Below, piece after piece: positions 19,831 to 29,325 of a stretch of DNA of 64,000 nt (positions within the stretch are counted from its first letter, which is position 1; each line of letters begins with the position of its first letter). The notes beneath the pieces were generated by a model that searched no databases, was not told the origin of the DNA, and saw nothing but the letters and a program-made list of their open reading frames with translations. Made by a program: the position numbers and the translations under genes. This DNA comes from Thermoanaerobaculia bacterium (GTDB taxonomy: Bacteria; Acidobacteriota; Thermoanaerobaculia; Multivoradales; Multivoraceae), in NCBI GenBank assembly GCA_022823665.1, contig JAJEHN010000008.1, positions 129,847 to 193,846 on the forward strand. Direction: 5' to 3'.

Positions 19831-20212
19831 GAAATCGTCGACATGATTCGCCACGGCGACGAAGCGGGCCTGCCGGAGCCCGAGTTCGACGTTGGCTCGG
19901 GCTTCACACTGAGGATCTGGCGACAGGGGGCGACTACCCAGAAGACGAGACCGACTACCCAAAAGACTACCCAGAGAACGGGGCTAAACTACCCAAAACC
20001 CGGTCCAAGAAACCGCCCCGACTACCCAAAAGGCGGTTCGCGACCAGATCCTGGACCACTTGCTGGCCGAGCCCGAGCTCACCCGCAAGGCGCTCGCCGA
20101 GCGAGTCGGCCTGACGCCAGACGGCGTGAAGTACCACTTGGCGGCCCTGAAGGCAGCCGGTGCCCTCCGCCGGGTCGGTTCAGCGCGAGCGGGGCGATGG
20201 GAGGTACTCTGA
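19831..20212 (+). pseudogene. C-terminal remnant of an HATPase_c_4 + winged-HTH ('ATP-dependent DNA helicase RecG-like' / Schlafen-AlbA_2-type) putative transcriptional regulator, frameshifted
   Basis: Frame B encodes ...EIVDMIRHGDEAGLPEPEFDVGSGFTLRIWRQGATTQKTRPTTQKTTQRTG (the typical C-terminal end of the HATPase_c_4 domain followed by TTQK repeats). Frame C continues DQILDHLLAEPELTRKALAERVGLTPDGVKYHLAALKAAGALRRVGSARAGRWEVL* (the family-typical C-terminal wHTH). A 1-nt frameshift lies near 20030-20045. The roughly 350 aa of N-terminal protein expected for this family are absent. Confidence 0.65.
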
Positions 20213-20239
20213 AGGTCGTCCCGCCAGGAGTCGCGAACC

Positions 20240-20446
20240 ATGAGCACAACACGCGTCAGGATTGATCCGGCCGACCCGGCGACCCTTCCCGCTGGGAGGA
20301 TCGACGGTGCCAAGGTGGACCGCACCACCGAGGTGGAGATCGCCTTGCAGCAGCGCGAGGGTGACGCCGAGGAGATGCAGGACGCGGCGCGGTACGCGCG
20401 CCGGGTTCGCAGGCGGCTGAGCGCCGCAACGCGACCTGCCGGTTAG
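20240..20446 (+). CDS. small hypothetical ORF (68 aa)
   Basis: ORF only. It sits with the next small ORF in the style of a TA pair, but no family is recognised. Confidence 0.2.
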   Translation: MSTTRVRIDPADPATLPAGRIDGAKVDRTTEVEIALQQREGDAEEMQDAARYARRVRRRLSAATRPAG

Positions 20447-20460
20447 CAGGTGGAAGACCC

Positions 20461-20679
20461 ATGACGACTCAGCGAACAGAGACGGGCCGTCAGGTCGAAG
20501 CCGCCCTTGGAGAAGTGCTCGCCTATGTGCGCGCCGAAACGCGACTGCCTTGCCGAATCGTGGACGATCCGGCTGCGGAGCGCATCATTCCCCGGAATCG
20601 GCGACGGGACTGCGGCGAGGATCGCTACCGGCTGCGCGGCATGATCGCCGGGCGCCGGTACCGGGACCCGCGCCGCTAG
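20461..20679 (+). CDS. small hypothetical ORF (72 aa); N-terminus resembles XRE/HigA2-type antitoxin N-terminal region
   Basis: GRQVEAALGEVLAYVRAETRLPCRIVDDP resembles the N-terminal segment of MqsA/HigA2-like HTH antitoxins, but no intact HTH follows; possibly decayed. Confidence 0.2.
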   Translation: MTTQRTETGRQVEAALGEVLAYVRAETRLPCRIVDDPAAERIIPRNRRRDCGEDRYRLRGMIAGRRYRDPRR

Positions 20680-21041
20680 CGGAGCAGGTCCTTGAACGCC
20701 ACCGCGACCACCGCGACGCCCACAACAGGTAGACCCGCCGCCAAGTCTTCGCCTCGGTAGAGCAGGATTCCACCGACGGCGACCCCGGCCACAGCCGCCA
20801 CCGCAACCGCCACCGTCAGAATCATCTTCCGGAGGCGGCGTTGCCTGCCCTCCTCCTCCGCCATTCCCATGATCCGATCTGCCGAACCGGGGAGCACCTG
20901 CTCATAGCCACCGTAGAGTTCCGGATGCGGGAGAGGCCCGGCCGTGAACTCGCTGACTTCAACCTGCTGAGACGTGACGGCTACGCCATTCTCACGCTGA
21001 ACTCGCCGCCTCTGCAGCGACCCCTGTTTCTTCCTGGGCAT
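20676..21041 (-). CDS. DUF2335 domain-containing membrane protein
   Basis: GPLPHPELYGGYEQVLPGSADRIMGMAEEE matches the DUF2335 core (GPLPpPeiLkkYeeivPGsAerI..mAE), followed by one C-terminal TM helix. Confidence 0.7.
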   Translation of the reverse strand: MPRKKQGSLQRRRVQRENGVAVTSQQVEVSEFTAGPLPHPELYGGYEQVLPGSADRIMGMAEEEGRQRRLRKMILTVAVAVAAVAGVAVGGILLYRGEDLAAGLPVVGVAVVAVAFKDLLR

Positions 21042-21483
21042 CCTTCTCCTCCGCGAAGCGTTCCAACGACTTGCGGATGTCCCGTCCGACTACCACCCAG
21101 TCACCGCGAAGCGCACGTCCGTCCTGCCGCCACCAATCGTCCGGCTGAACCGGTCGCGACGGTCTCCGTTTCTCCAGACTGCCTGACGCTACACGCCGCT
21201 TCGACGGTTTGCTCATGTCGGTATGCCTCTGGGATGGAAGTTGCTGGATCGTTGCGGCTCGCCAGTGGACGCATGGCGAATCCTCGACTCTACCGGACCA
21301 ACTGCCGCCTACAGCGGACTCGGCGCTCGGAACACATGTTCGTGAGAACAAGCCCGTACAAGCCCGTGCCCCGTTCTCCTATAGGCGACGTACACCTTGT
21401 CGGCGATCATAGCCGCAGAGCGCCGGATCGCAGCGAGGTTGACGCCAGCACCAGCAAATCTAGCGAGACAGCCGGCCCGGAGC

Positions 21484-21529
21484 CCGGCGCTTCGCGCCGG
21501 ATGCCGGCGGGGGCGCCGGCGCACCCAGT
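21484..21529 (+). repeat. 46-bp interspersed repeat, copy A (intergenic, 3' of the MFS gene)
   Basis: ccggcgcttcgcgccggatgccggcgggggcgccggcgcacccagt matches the reverse complement of 41720-41765 at 45/46 nt. Contains the hairpin-capable palindrome ccggcgc-ttc-gcgccgg. Confidence 0.6.
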
Positions 21530-21545
21530 TTCTGCCCTGCTCCCC

Positions 21546-22919
21546 TCAATCCACCTCCCAAGTCCCCGCCTCCTCCATCGCCTTCCGGTACGCCGACAGG
21601 CAGTACCAGAACAGCAACGCTCCCGCCGGCTTGAAGATCGCCTGCATCGTGGCGAGGGAGTAGTGGACCTTGCCGTCGTCCTGGAAGAGGAAATCCGTAA
21701 ACGCGGCCAGGGTGCTGGTGCCGAAGGCCATGCCGATGAAGCTGGTCAGGAAGATGTAGAAGGCCGTGGCCTGGCCTCGCATCTGGTTGGGAGTGATCGG
21801 CTGGAACGCCGCCGCCATGACGCCGAGGTAGGCGCCCGAGAAGATCATCGCGGGCACGAGCAGCAGGAGGGTCATCGTCGCGCTGCCCACGAGCGGCGCC
21901 GCGATCGAGGGCAACGTGGCGATCAGGGTCGTGGCCAGCAGGGTGCGCACGTAGGCGTCCCTGTAGCCGCGCGCCGCGAGGCGGTTGGCGATCCACGGCG
22001 CGACCATGATGCCGACGACCCCGGTGATGATCGAGATCGTGCCGTAGCTCGTCCCGGCTTCCCCCCGGCTCAGGCCGTAGTTGCGGACGAGAAACTCGGG
22101 GTACCACGCGGAGGAGCCGTAGCCGGCCATCGCCAGCATCGACGAACCGACGAACAGCGGCAGGTAGCAGCGCTTGCGCTGCCAGATGAACCTGACGAAC
22201 TCGCGGACCGGCAGGCGCTCCCGGCCGCTCCGCGAAACCGCCAGTTCCTTGCGCCGCGGCTCGACCATCGTCAGCAGCAGGAGCGCCAGCAGGACCCCGG
22301 GCAGTCCGACCGTCACCAGCGTCGCCTGCCAGGGCTGGAGCGTGCCGATGAGCGGGACCTCGAGCGGACCGATGCGGGTGTAGTAGTCGATGAGCAGACC
22401 GCCGATGACCAGGGCGAAACCGCCGCCGACCCGCACGCCCGTCTTGTAAAAGGACATCGCGTAGCCGAAGTGGGCGGGGCGGTAGCTGTCCGTGATGATC
22501 GAGTAGGCGGGCGGCGCGAGCCCGGCCTCGCCGGCGCCGACCGCCATCCGCGAAACGAACAGTTGGGTCACGCTGTTCGCCAGGCCGCCAGCCGCCGTCG
22601 CCAGGCTCCAGAAGGCGACGCTGGCGGCGACGATCAGCCTGCGCGAGTAGTGGTCGGCGAGCCGCCCGAGGGGGAAGCTGGCGAAGCTGTAGACGAGCGC
22701 GAACGCCGCCCCGGCCAGCAGGCTGTACTGGAAGTCGGTGATCCCGAACTGCTCGCGGATCGGACCGACGAGCAGCGAGAGGATGTTGCGGTCGAGAAAC
22801 GACAGCACGTAGGCGAGGAACAGGAGGACGACGCCGTAGTTGGCGGCGCCGAGGGACGGGTAGTCGGCGGACTGTTCGGCCGCGCCGCTACCGCCGGGAG
22901 CCCTGGTCTCGACTGTCAC
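21546..22919 (-). CDS. MFS transporter (spinster-like/MFS_1)
   Basis: 12-TM architecture; MFS signature-like loop (GRLADHYSRRLIV). Confidence 0.8.
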   Translation of the reverse strand: MTVETRAPGGSGAAEQSADYPSLGAANYGVVLLFLAYVLSFLDRNILSLLVGPIREQFGITDFQYSLLAGAAFALVYSFASFPLGRLADHYSRRLIVAASVAFWSLATAAGGLANSVTQLFVSRMAVGAGEAGLAPPAYSIITDSYRPAHFGYAMSFYKTGVRVGGGFALVIGGLLIDYYTRIGPLEVPLIGTLQPWQATLVTVGLPGVLLALLLLTMVEPRRKELAVSRSGRERLPVREFVRFIWQRKRCYLPLFVGSSMLAMAGYGSSAWYPEFLVRNYGLSRGEAGTSYGTISIITGVVGIMVAPWIANRLAARGYRDAYVRTLLATTLIATLPSIAAPLVGSATMTLLLLVPAMIFSGAYLGVMAAAFQPITPNQMRGQATAFYIFLTSFIGMAFGTSTLAAFTDFLFQDDGKVHYSLATMQAIFKPAGALLFWYCLSAYRKAMEEAGTWEVD

Positions 22920-22947
22920 GCCGGCAACTGGCTACGGCGGGCGGTTC

Positions 22948-24492
22948 TCAGGGCTGCGCGGCGTAGCGGCCGACGATCGGGCGGCCGGGGCTGACTCCCT
23001 CGACCGTCTCGCCGTCGCGGACGACGAACACCCCGTTCACCATCGTGTGGACGATTCCCTCCGAGAACGAGAGTCCGCCTTCGAAGGTGGCGGTGTCGAT
23101 CACCGTGTCCGGGTCGAAGACCACGATGTCCGCGTCGGCGCCGACCTGGATCTTCCCCTTGTTCCTCATCTGGTCGGACATCGTCGCCACCCGGTCCGCC
23201 GGCAGCAGGCTCATCTTCCGGATGGCCGTCATCAGGTCGATCGTGCCCCGTTCGCGCACGTAGCGCCCCAGAATCCGAGAGTAGGTGCCGGCCGTCCGCG
23301 GGTGGGCCCCGGGCGCATACGGCATGCCGTCGGAGGCGACGATGACCCAGTCGTTGGCGAGGGCCGTCTCGATCCACTCCTCCTTCATGAAGTGGAGGAT
23401 CACCGTGCCGCCCTCGCGGCGGTACCGGTCGAAGGTCTCCTTCGTCAGCCTCTCCCCCGTCTCCTCCCACTGCAGGTCGCCGTAGTCGATTCCAAGACGG
23501 TCCTGCCAGCCCTCGTCGAAGATCGACGACTCGAGGCTGGTCGAACCGGCCGTGTAGGGGTAGGCCTCGGTCGAGACGTCGAGGCCCAGGCGGCGCGCGC
23601 CGTCGATCAGGCCGAGCACCGTGTCGATCTCGCCGAGCGCCATGCTGTTGACGTGGACGATGTGCAGCGGCGCCCCGGTGCCGACCGCGTTGGCCAGGAC
23701 TTCCTGCATCGCGTCGATCGACATGGAGCGGACGTGGGTGTGGATGGTGGCCCGTTTCTCGCCGGCAAACCGGAAGACCTCGAAGATCTCCCGGCGGGTG
23801 GCCCCGGGGTAGTACTGGGTGGCGAGCCCGATGCCCAGCGCGCCCTCGTCGAGTCCGCGCTGCAGATGCTCCAGCATGGCCGGGAAGCTCTCGGGCGGCA
23901 GCTCCGAGTAGTACGTCCTTGCCCCGGCGTCTCGCATGGAATCGAGCGGTTCGTCCTCGGCGCTGGCTGCCGCGAAGGCCGCCGCGAGATCCGCACGTTC
24001 CTCCTCCGGGACGATCTCCAGGCCCCTGAGGGCGCCGTGGTTGACGGTGGCGCCGTAGTTCACGAGCGACCTTCCCCGCCTGGAGTCCAGGAACGACTTG
24101 ACGTCGGGTACGCCCCACTCCAGTTCGAGGGCCGTGGTCACTCCGTCCCTCGCCTGGTACTCGTGCGCCTTCGGGCCCTGACCGTGGGCGTGGAGGTCGA
24201 CGAAGCCCGGCGCCAGCACGAGTCCGGCGGCGTCGATCAGGACGCCTCCGTCGGCGAGCGCGTCGGCCAGGGGCTCCTCCGTCAGGGCGGCGATGACGTC
24301 GCCGCGGATGCCGACGTTCCTGACCTCGTCGAGCCGCCTCTCGGGGTCGATGACGCGGGCGTCCCGAAAGACGACGTCGAACTCCCCGGTGTCGGCGTCG
24401 CCGCTGCCGTCGGTGGCGGGGTTGCAGCCCAGGAGGAGAAGCGCCGCGAGGAACGACGCGGCTCTGGCTGCCGACGAGTGGATGATGATCAA
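22948..24492 (-). CDS. amidohydrolase family lipoprotein (N-acyl-D-amino-acid deacylase / D-aminoacylase-like)
   Basis: Amidohydro_3 motifs (APGFVDLHAHGQ, HIVHVNS, VASDGMPY). Predicted TTG start giving MIIIHSSAARAASFLAALLLLGCNP (lipobox LLGC). The track's ATG at 24615 would add a 41-aa leader without signal character. Confidence 0.75.
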   Translation of the reverse strand: MIIIHSSAARAASFLAALLLLGCNPATDGSGDADTGEFDVVFRDARVIDPERRLDEVRNVGIRGDVIAALTEEPLADALADGGVLIDAAGLVLAPGFVDLHAHGQGPKAHEYQARDGVTTALELEWGVPDVKSFLDSRRGRSLVNYGATVNHGALRGLEIVPEEERADLAAAFAAASAEDEPLDSMRDAGARTYYSELPPESFPAMLEHLQRGLDEGALGIGLATQYYPGATRREIFEVFRFAGEKRATIHTHVRSMSIDAMQEVLANAVGTGAPLHIVHVNSMALGEIDTVLGLIDGARRLGLDVSTEAYPYTAGSTSLESSIFDEGWQDRLGIDYGDLQWEETGERLTKETFDRYRREGGTVILHFMKEEWIETALANDWVIVASDGMPYAPGAHPRTAGTYSRILGRYVRERGTIDLMTAIRKMSLLPADRVATMSDQMRNKGKIQVGADADIVVFDPDTVIDTATFEGGLSFSEGIVHTMVNGVFVVRDGETVEGVSPGRPIVGRYAAQP

Positions 24493-24590
24493 TGGAGCGT
24501 CTCCCTTGGACCGCGAGTCTGGCCGATGGTATACACCCTGCTGCGCTACTCCCTGCACGTACCGACGACCTCGACCAAGGAGCCCACCCA

Positions 24591-25783
24591 TGCCAAAGGC
24601 GACTCCCGGCGACACCCGCCTGTCACGCAGAACGCTGGTAGGGCACGGCGCCAGGGCGGGCGCCCTCCTCGCCGCCTCGACGGTCGGCGCGCCGTACCTC
24701 GCCTTCGGCCGGCACCGGCTGTTCGCCCAGAGCGAGGAGCGCTACTCGACGCGGGCGGTCGACCTGGTCGGCGACTCGCTGGTCATCGACATGCTGAGTC
24801 CGCTCACGCTGGCGTCCTCGACCATGCGGTCCTGGTACGGCAACCCCGAGAACATTCCCGAGTCCTTCTGGGACGATCTCGATCTCTCCGGAATCGACGC
24901 CGTTCTCGACGCCGTGGGAACCGGCCCGTTCGGGGCACGTGAATCCGTCCTCGAGCGGGTGGCGGGAGTCAACGGCATCGTCGCGCACAACGGACACCGG
25001 ATGCTCCGCGTCGCTCGAGCCGCGGACCTCGACGAGGCGGCGCGAAGCGGCCGCGCCGGCATGATCTTCGGCGTGCAGAACGCCGATCACTTCCACTCGC
25101 TGGACGACGTGGACTACTTCTACGGGCTCGGCCAGCGCGTGTCGCAGTTGACCTACAACGCGCGCAACCTGATCGGCACCGGCTCGACCGACCGGATCGA
25201 CGGCGGCCTGTCGGACTGGGGCGTCGCGATCGTCGAGCGCATGAACGACGTCGGGATGGCCGTGGACGTGTCCCACTGCGGCGACCGCACCTCGCTCGAC
25301 GCCTTCGAGGCCTCAAAGAAGCCCGTCCTCGTCACCCACTCGAACGTCCGGGCGCTCGCGGACGGCCACGTCCGCTGCAAGCCGGACGAGGTGATCGACG
25401 CCGTCGGAGAGGCCGGTAGCGTCTTCGGCGTCACCGGCGTACGGATGTTCGTCAAGGCCGACGAGCCGACCACCGTCGAGCACTTCCTCGACCACTTCGA
25501 CTACCTGACGAAGCGGATCGGCGCCGAGCACGTCGGCATCGGCAGCGACATCGACCTCTACGGCTACGACGACATGCCCGAAGAGGACATGACGCGGCTC
25601 AGGGCCGCCTACACCAAGGGCAAGTACCACTTCCGGGACCAGATCGACATCCCGGAAGTCGCCCACCCGCAACGGGTCTTCGACCTCACCGAGGGCCTGA
25701 TCCGGCGCGGCTACACCGACCCCGACATCCGGGGCATCCTCGGCGGCAACTTCCGCCGGGTTCTGGAGGAGATCTGGGGATGA
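24591..25783 (+). CDS. membrane/renal-type dipeptidase (peptidase M19) with Tat signal
   Basis: M19 motifs (HLDHFDYLTKRIGAEHVGIGSDIDL, VSHCGDRT). N-terminal SRRTLVGHGARAGALLAA; internal ATG of track ORF 24293..25783. Confidence 0.85.
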
Positions 25784-27327
25784 GACTTCCGCGCTATACA
25801 CTGCTGGTTCTTGCGCTGGCCCTCGCCGTCGTCGCCGGCCCTCTTTCGGCCGCGCCCGTCGACGAACGCCTCCAGGGATTCGACGAATGGGTCGAATCGA
25901 TCATGAAGGAGTGGAAGGTGCCGGGCCTCGGCGTGGCGATCGTCGAGGACGGCAAGACGGTCTTCGCCAGGGGCTACGGCTGGCGCAACGTCGAGGAGGA
26001 GCTGCCGGTGACTCCGGACACGCTCTTCGCGATCGGCTCGAACACGAAGTCCTTCACGGCGACGCTCCTGGCCATGCAGGTGGACGACGGCGCCCTGACG
26101 TGGACCGACCCGGTCCGCAATGTCGTGCCCGAGTTCCGGCTCCACGATCCGATAGCGACGGACGAGATGACCGCCGCCGACCTGCTGACGCACCGCTCGG
26201 GCCTGCCCAGGCACGACTCGTACTGGTACGCGACGGGCAAGAGCCGCGCCGAGCTGCTGGCCGGGCTCCACCACCTGGAGCCGTCCGCCTCCTTCAGGGG
26301 CAGGTACCAGTACCAGAACCTCATGTTCATGACCGCCGGCATCGTCTCCGAGCGGATCGGCGGCAAGTCCTGGGAGGAGCTCGTCCGGGAGCGCATCCTG
26401 ACTCCGCTCGGCATCGACCGGGCCACCTTCTCGGTGATCCAGATGCAGGAGGACGACGACTTCTCCTACGGCTACACCGCGGACGAGGAGATCGAACGCC
26501 TGCCCTTCCGCAACATCGACGCGATCGGCCCGGCCGGTTCGATCAACATGTCGGCCCGGGACCTCGCCACCTACGTGCAGTTCCACATCGCCTACGGCAA
26601 GGTCGGCGACAAGCAGCTCCTCAAGGAGGCGTCTGCCAGGTACATGCAGCTACCGCAGATGGTGATGACCGGCCCGCTGCAGGCGCGCCTGCAGAACGGT
26701 CCGGAGATCGGGGACCCCACCTACGGTCTCGGCCTCATGGTGAGCAGCTACCGCGGGCGCAAGCACGTCAGCCACGGCGGCGGCATCGACGGTTTCATCT
26801 CGGCGATGGAGTGGCTGCCCGACGAGAAGATCGGCGTCGTCGCGCTGTCCAACACCACCTACTCCGGAACGGTGCCCTCGCTCGTCGTGCGTAACGCGTT
26901 CGACCGCATGCTCGGCCTCGAGCCGATCGACTGGGCGGAGAGGACGCGCAAGCAGATCGCGGAAGCGGAAGAGAAAGCCGAGGAAGCGAAGAAGAAGGAC
27001 CTCGCGGCCGCCGTGCCGGGCACGAGTCCCTCCCACCCGCTCGCCGACCACGCGGGCGAGTACGCGCATCCCGGCTACGGCAAGTCGACCGTGCGACTGG
27101 AGGACGACGGCCTGGTCGTCGAGGTCACCGGCGTCGAGTTCCCGCTCCAGCACTACCACTACGACGTGTGGATGGTCCCCTACGATCTTCCGGGCGGCTC
27201 GCCGGGGGCGGACCGCGGCGGCGCCAAGGTCCGCTTCGACTACGGCAACGACGGGAAGATCAACGTCGTCTACCTGCCGCTCGAGCCGTCCCTCCCGCCG
27301 ATCCGCTTCCAGCGCGCCGGCGACTGA
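25780..27327 (+). CDS. beta-lactamase-fold serine hydrolase with signal peptide and C-terminal beta-domain
   Basis: SxxK (IGSNTKSF); YxN-like region; ATGA overlap with the dipeptidase gene. Confidence 0.8.
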   Translation: MRLPRYTLLVLALALAVVAGPLSAAPVDERLQGFDEWVESIMKEWKVPGLGVAIVEDGKTVFARGYGWRNVEEELPVTPDTLFAIGSNTKSFTATLLAMQVDDGALTWTDPVRNVVPEFRLHDPIATDEMTAADLLTHRSGLPRHDSYWYATGKSRAELLAGLHHLEPSASFRGRYQYQNLMFMTAGIVSERIGGKSWEELVRERILTPLGIDRATFSVIQMQEDDDFSYGYTADEEIERLPFRNIDAIGPAGSINMSARDLATYVQFHIAYGKVGDKQLLKEASARYMQLPQMVMTGPLQARLQNGPEIGDPTYGLGLMVSSYRGRKHVSHGGGIDGFISAMEWLPDEKIGVVALSNTTYSGTVPSLVVRNAFDRMLGLEPIDWAERTRKQIAEAEEKAEEAKKKDLAAAVPGTSPSHPLADHAGEYAHPGYGKSTVRLEDDGLVVEVTGVEFPLQHYHYDVWMVPYDLPGGSPGADRGGAKVRFDYGNDGKINVVYLPLEPSLPPIRFQRAGD

Positions 27328-27345
27328 GGCCCGCGACCCGCGCAC

Positions 27346-28491
27346 ATGCAGGGCCGGGCGCCGACGCGCTTCCACACCCTCCTCCTGCCGGCGATCATCG
27401 CGCAGTCGATGATCATCGGCGGCGGCTACGCCACGGGCCGGGAGGTCGTCGAGTACGCCGGCCGCTTCGGGAACCGGGGCTGGCTGGCCGTCGCGATCAT
27501 CGCCGTCTGCTTCTCGATCGTCATGGCGCTGGCCTTCGAGCTGGCGCGGCTGGCCGGCGCGTACGACTACAAGGCCTGGAGCCGGAACCTGGTGGGGCCG
27601 TTCTGGTGGCTGGTCGACATCCTCTTCCTGACCATGATGATGCTCGTCATCGCGGTGATGACGGCGGCCATCGGCGAGGTCCTCCAGCAGACCCTCGGCT
27701 TTCCGAAGCCGCTCAGCCTGGTCCTCGCCCTCGCATGCGTCGGTTTCCTGTCGTGGCGCGGGTCCGGCTTCATCGAACGGGCGAAGACCTGGGGCTCGGC
27801 GGCCCTCTACCTGGGCTACTGCGCCTTCTCGGTCCTCGTGCTGACGGCGCCGGTCGGGGAAGGCGCCGCGGCCGCTCAGCCACCGCCCGGCTCAGAGGCC
27901 GGCACTCTGGAGGTGACGATCGCCGCGCTGCTGTATGTCGCCTACAACGTCGCCGTGGTGCCGGCCGTCCTCTTCTGCCTGCACCGTCAGACCCGTCGCA
28001 GCGAGACGTTCACATCCGGGATCCTCTCCGGCCTCGCGATGACGATTCCGTTCGCCCTGACGCTCGCCTGCCTCCTGCGGTTCGCCCAACCTTCCGTGAT
28101 GGAGGCGGAAGTGCCCTGGCTGCGGCTGATCACCTCCGCCGCCGACGGACGCGCCGGCGGCGCGGCGCTCTGGATCGCCGTCTTCGGCGTGGTCGCCGGC
28201 TGGACCCTCGTAGAGACCGCCGTCGGCTCCATCCACGCCCTCGTCCACCGGGTCGAACGCAACCTGGGCGACCTGCCCCGCCGGTGGCGGCCCGCCTCCG
28301 GCGAACTCACGCCGGGGCAGAAAGCGCTGACCGCCGTGCTCGTCCTCGTGGCCGCCGCCGCGCTTTCCACGGTCGGCATCATCGACCTCGTCGCCCGCGG
28401 CTACGGCACGATCGCCTGGGGCTTCATCGCCCTCATCATTCTGCCGCTGTTCGTCGTCGTGCCATACCGAGCATTCAAGGCCGCCGGCTGA
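27346..28491 (+). CDS. polytopic membrane protein, YkvI-like putative transporter family
   Basis: About 11 TM segments. N-terminal IIGGGYATGREVVEYAGRFG resembles YkvI/amino-acid-permease-like family members. Family assignment is tentative. Confidence 0.55.
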   Translation: MQGRAPTRFHTLLLPAIIAQSMIIGGGYATGREVVEYAGRFGNRGWLAVAIIAVCFSIVMALAFELARLAGAYDYKAWSRNLVGPFWWLVDILFLTMMMLVIAVMTAAIGEVLQQTLGFPKPLSLVLALACVGFLSWRGSGFIERAKTWGSAALYLGYCAFSVLVLTAPVGEGAAAAQPPPGSEAGTLEVTIAALLYVAYNVAVVPAVLFCLHRQTRRSETFTSGILSGLAMTIPFALTLACLLRFAQPSVMEAEVPWLRLITSAADGRAGGAALWIAVFGVVAGWTLVETAVGSIHALVHRVERNLGDLPRRWRPASGELTPGQKALTAVLVLVAAAALSTVGIIDLVARGYGTIAWGFIALIILPLFVVVPYRAFKAAG

Positions 28492-28524
28492 ATCCCCCCA
28501 CTGGGAGCGCGGAAGGCCGCGTCC

Positions 28525-29325
28525 CTAATCCTCCGGTTGACCGGAGTCCAGACTCGCCTGCACCAGCGGCGCCTCGATGCCGAGCTGTCTCGCGACGGCG
28601 AGGCATAGCGAGAGATCCTTGACCGGCATCGCCGGCCAGGTGATCCGCCGGCGAGGCATCGGGAAGCTCTTCGACACGAAGCTCCGGCCGGTCGACTCGT
28701 TCAGAATCTCCATGAAGCGGTCGAGGTCCATGCCATAGGCGCCGACGACTTCGCGCACCTCCTGGATGAGCGCCCAGGTGCCGAGGACGATCGCGTTGTT
28801 GCCGATCTTCATCGCCTGGCCGGCGCCGACGCCGCCGCAGTGCATCGTTTTGCCCAGCACGTCGAAGACCTCCCGGCAACGGTCGATCGTCGCCGCATCG
28901 CCGCCGGCCATCAAGGTGAGCGTGCCCTCGCGCGCGCCGGCCACCAGCCCGCTGACCGGGCAGTCGACCACGTGAAGCCCTCGCGACTCCGCTTCCCTCG
29001 CCAGTTCCTGGCAGTAGACCGGCGACATGGTGCTCATCACCACGATGATCGCGCCCTCGCGCAGCGTGCTCAACGCGCCGTCAGCGCCCCGCAGCACCCG
29101 GTCCGTCTGGTCCTCGTCCCAGACGATCGTCATCAGGATGTCGGCGTGCTCGCCCACTTCGCGCGGCGTCGCGACTTCCTCGATCCCCTTCGCCGCGAGG
29201 CGCTCGATCGCGTCGCGGCTGCGGTTGACGGAACCGACCACCCGATGGCCGGCGTCGAGCAGACGTTCCGCCATCGGCTCGCCCATGGCGCCGAGCCCGA
29301 TGAAACCGATCGTTGGTCGTGGCAT
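28525..29325 (-). CDS. NAD(P)-dependent 3-hydroxyisobutyrate dehydrogenase family oxidoreductase
   Basis: GFIGLGAMGEPMAERL Rossmann motif and HIBADH-family catalytic region (KIGNNAIVLGTWA). Confidence 0.85.
   Translation of the reverse strand: MPRPTIGFIGLGAMGEPMAERLLDAGHRVVGSVNRSRDAIERLAAKGIEEVATPREVGEHADILMTIVWDEDQTDRVLRGADGALSTLREGAIIVVMSTMSPVYCQELAREAESRGLHVVDCPVSGLVAGAREGTLTLMAGGDAATIDRCREVFDVLGKTMHCGGVGAGQAMKIGNNAIVLGTWALIQEVREVVGAYGMDLDRFMEILNESTGRSFVSKSFPMPRRRITWPAMPVKDLSLCLAVARQLGIEAPLVQASLDSGQPED

Noticed and set aside
20992-21351. 119-aa minus-strand ORF (contains MSKPSKRRVASGSLEKRR...) overlapping the 5' end of the DUF2335 gene, as a possible small regulator or excisionase
   Set aside because: It overlaps the better-supported DUF2335 CDS by about 50 nt in another frame and has no recognisable motif. 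It is left uncalled, although a small upstream gene cannot be excluded.
20841-22994. 717-aa plus-strand ORF, and many similar long ORFs (1728..3734, 2027..3289, 16071..17714, 40440..41900, 50878..53694, 53719..56664, 51857..53608)
   Set aside because: These run antisense to or out of frame with genes that carry clear family motifs. Their translations are Arg/Pro/Gly-rich low-complexity sequences typical of non-coding frames in very high-GC DNA, with no recognisable domains.
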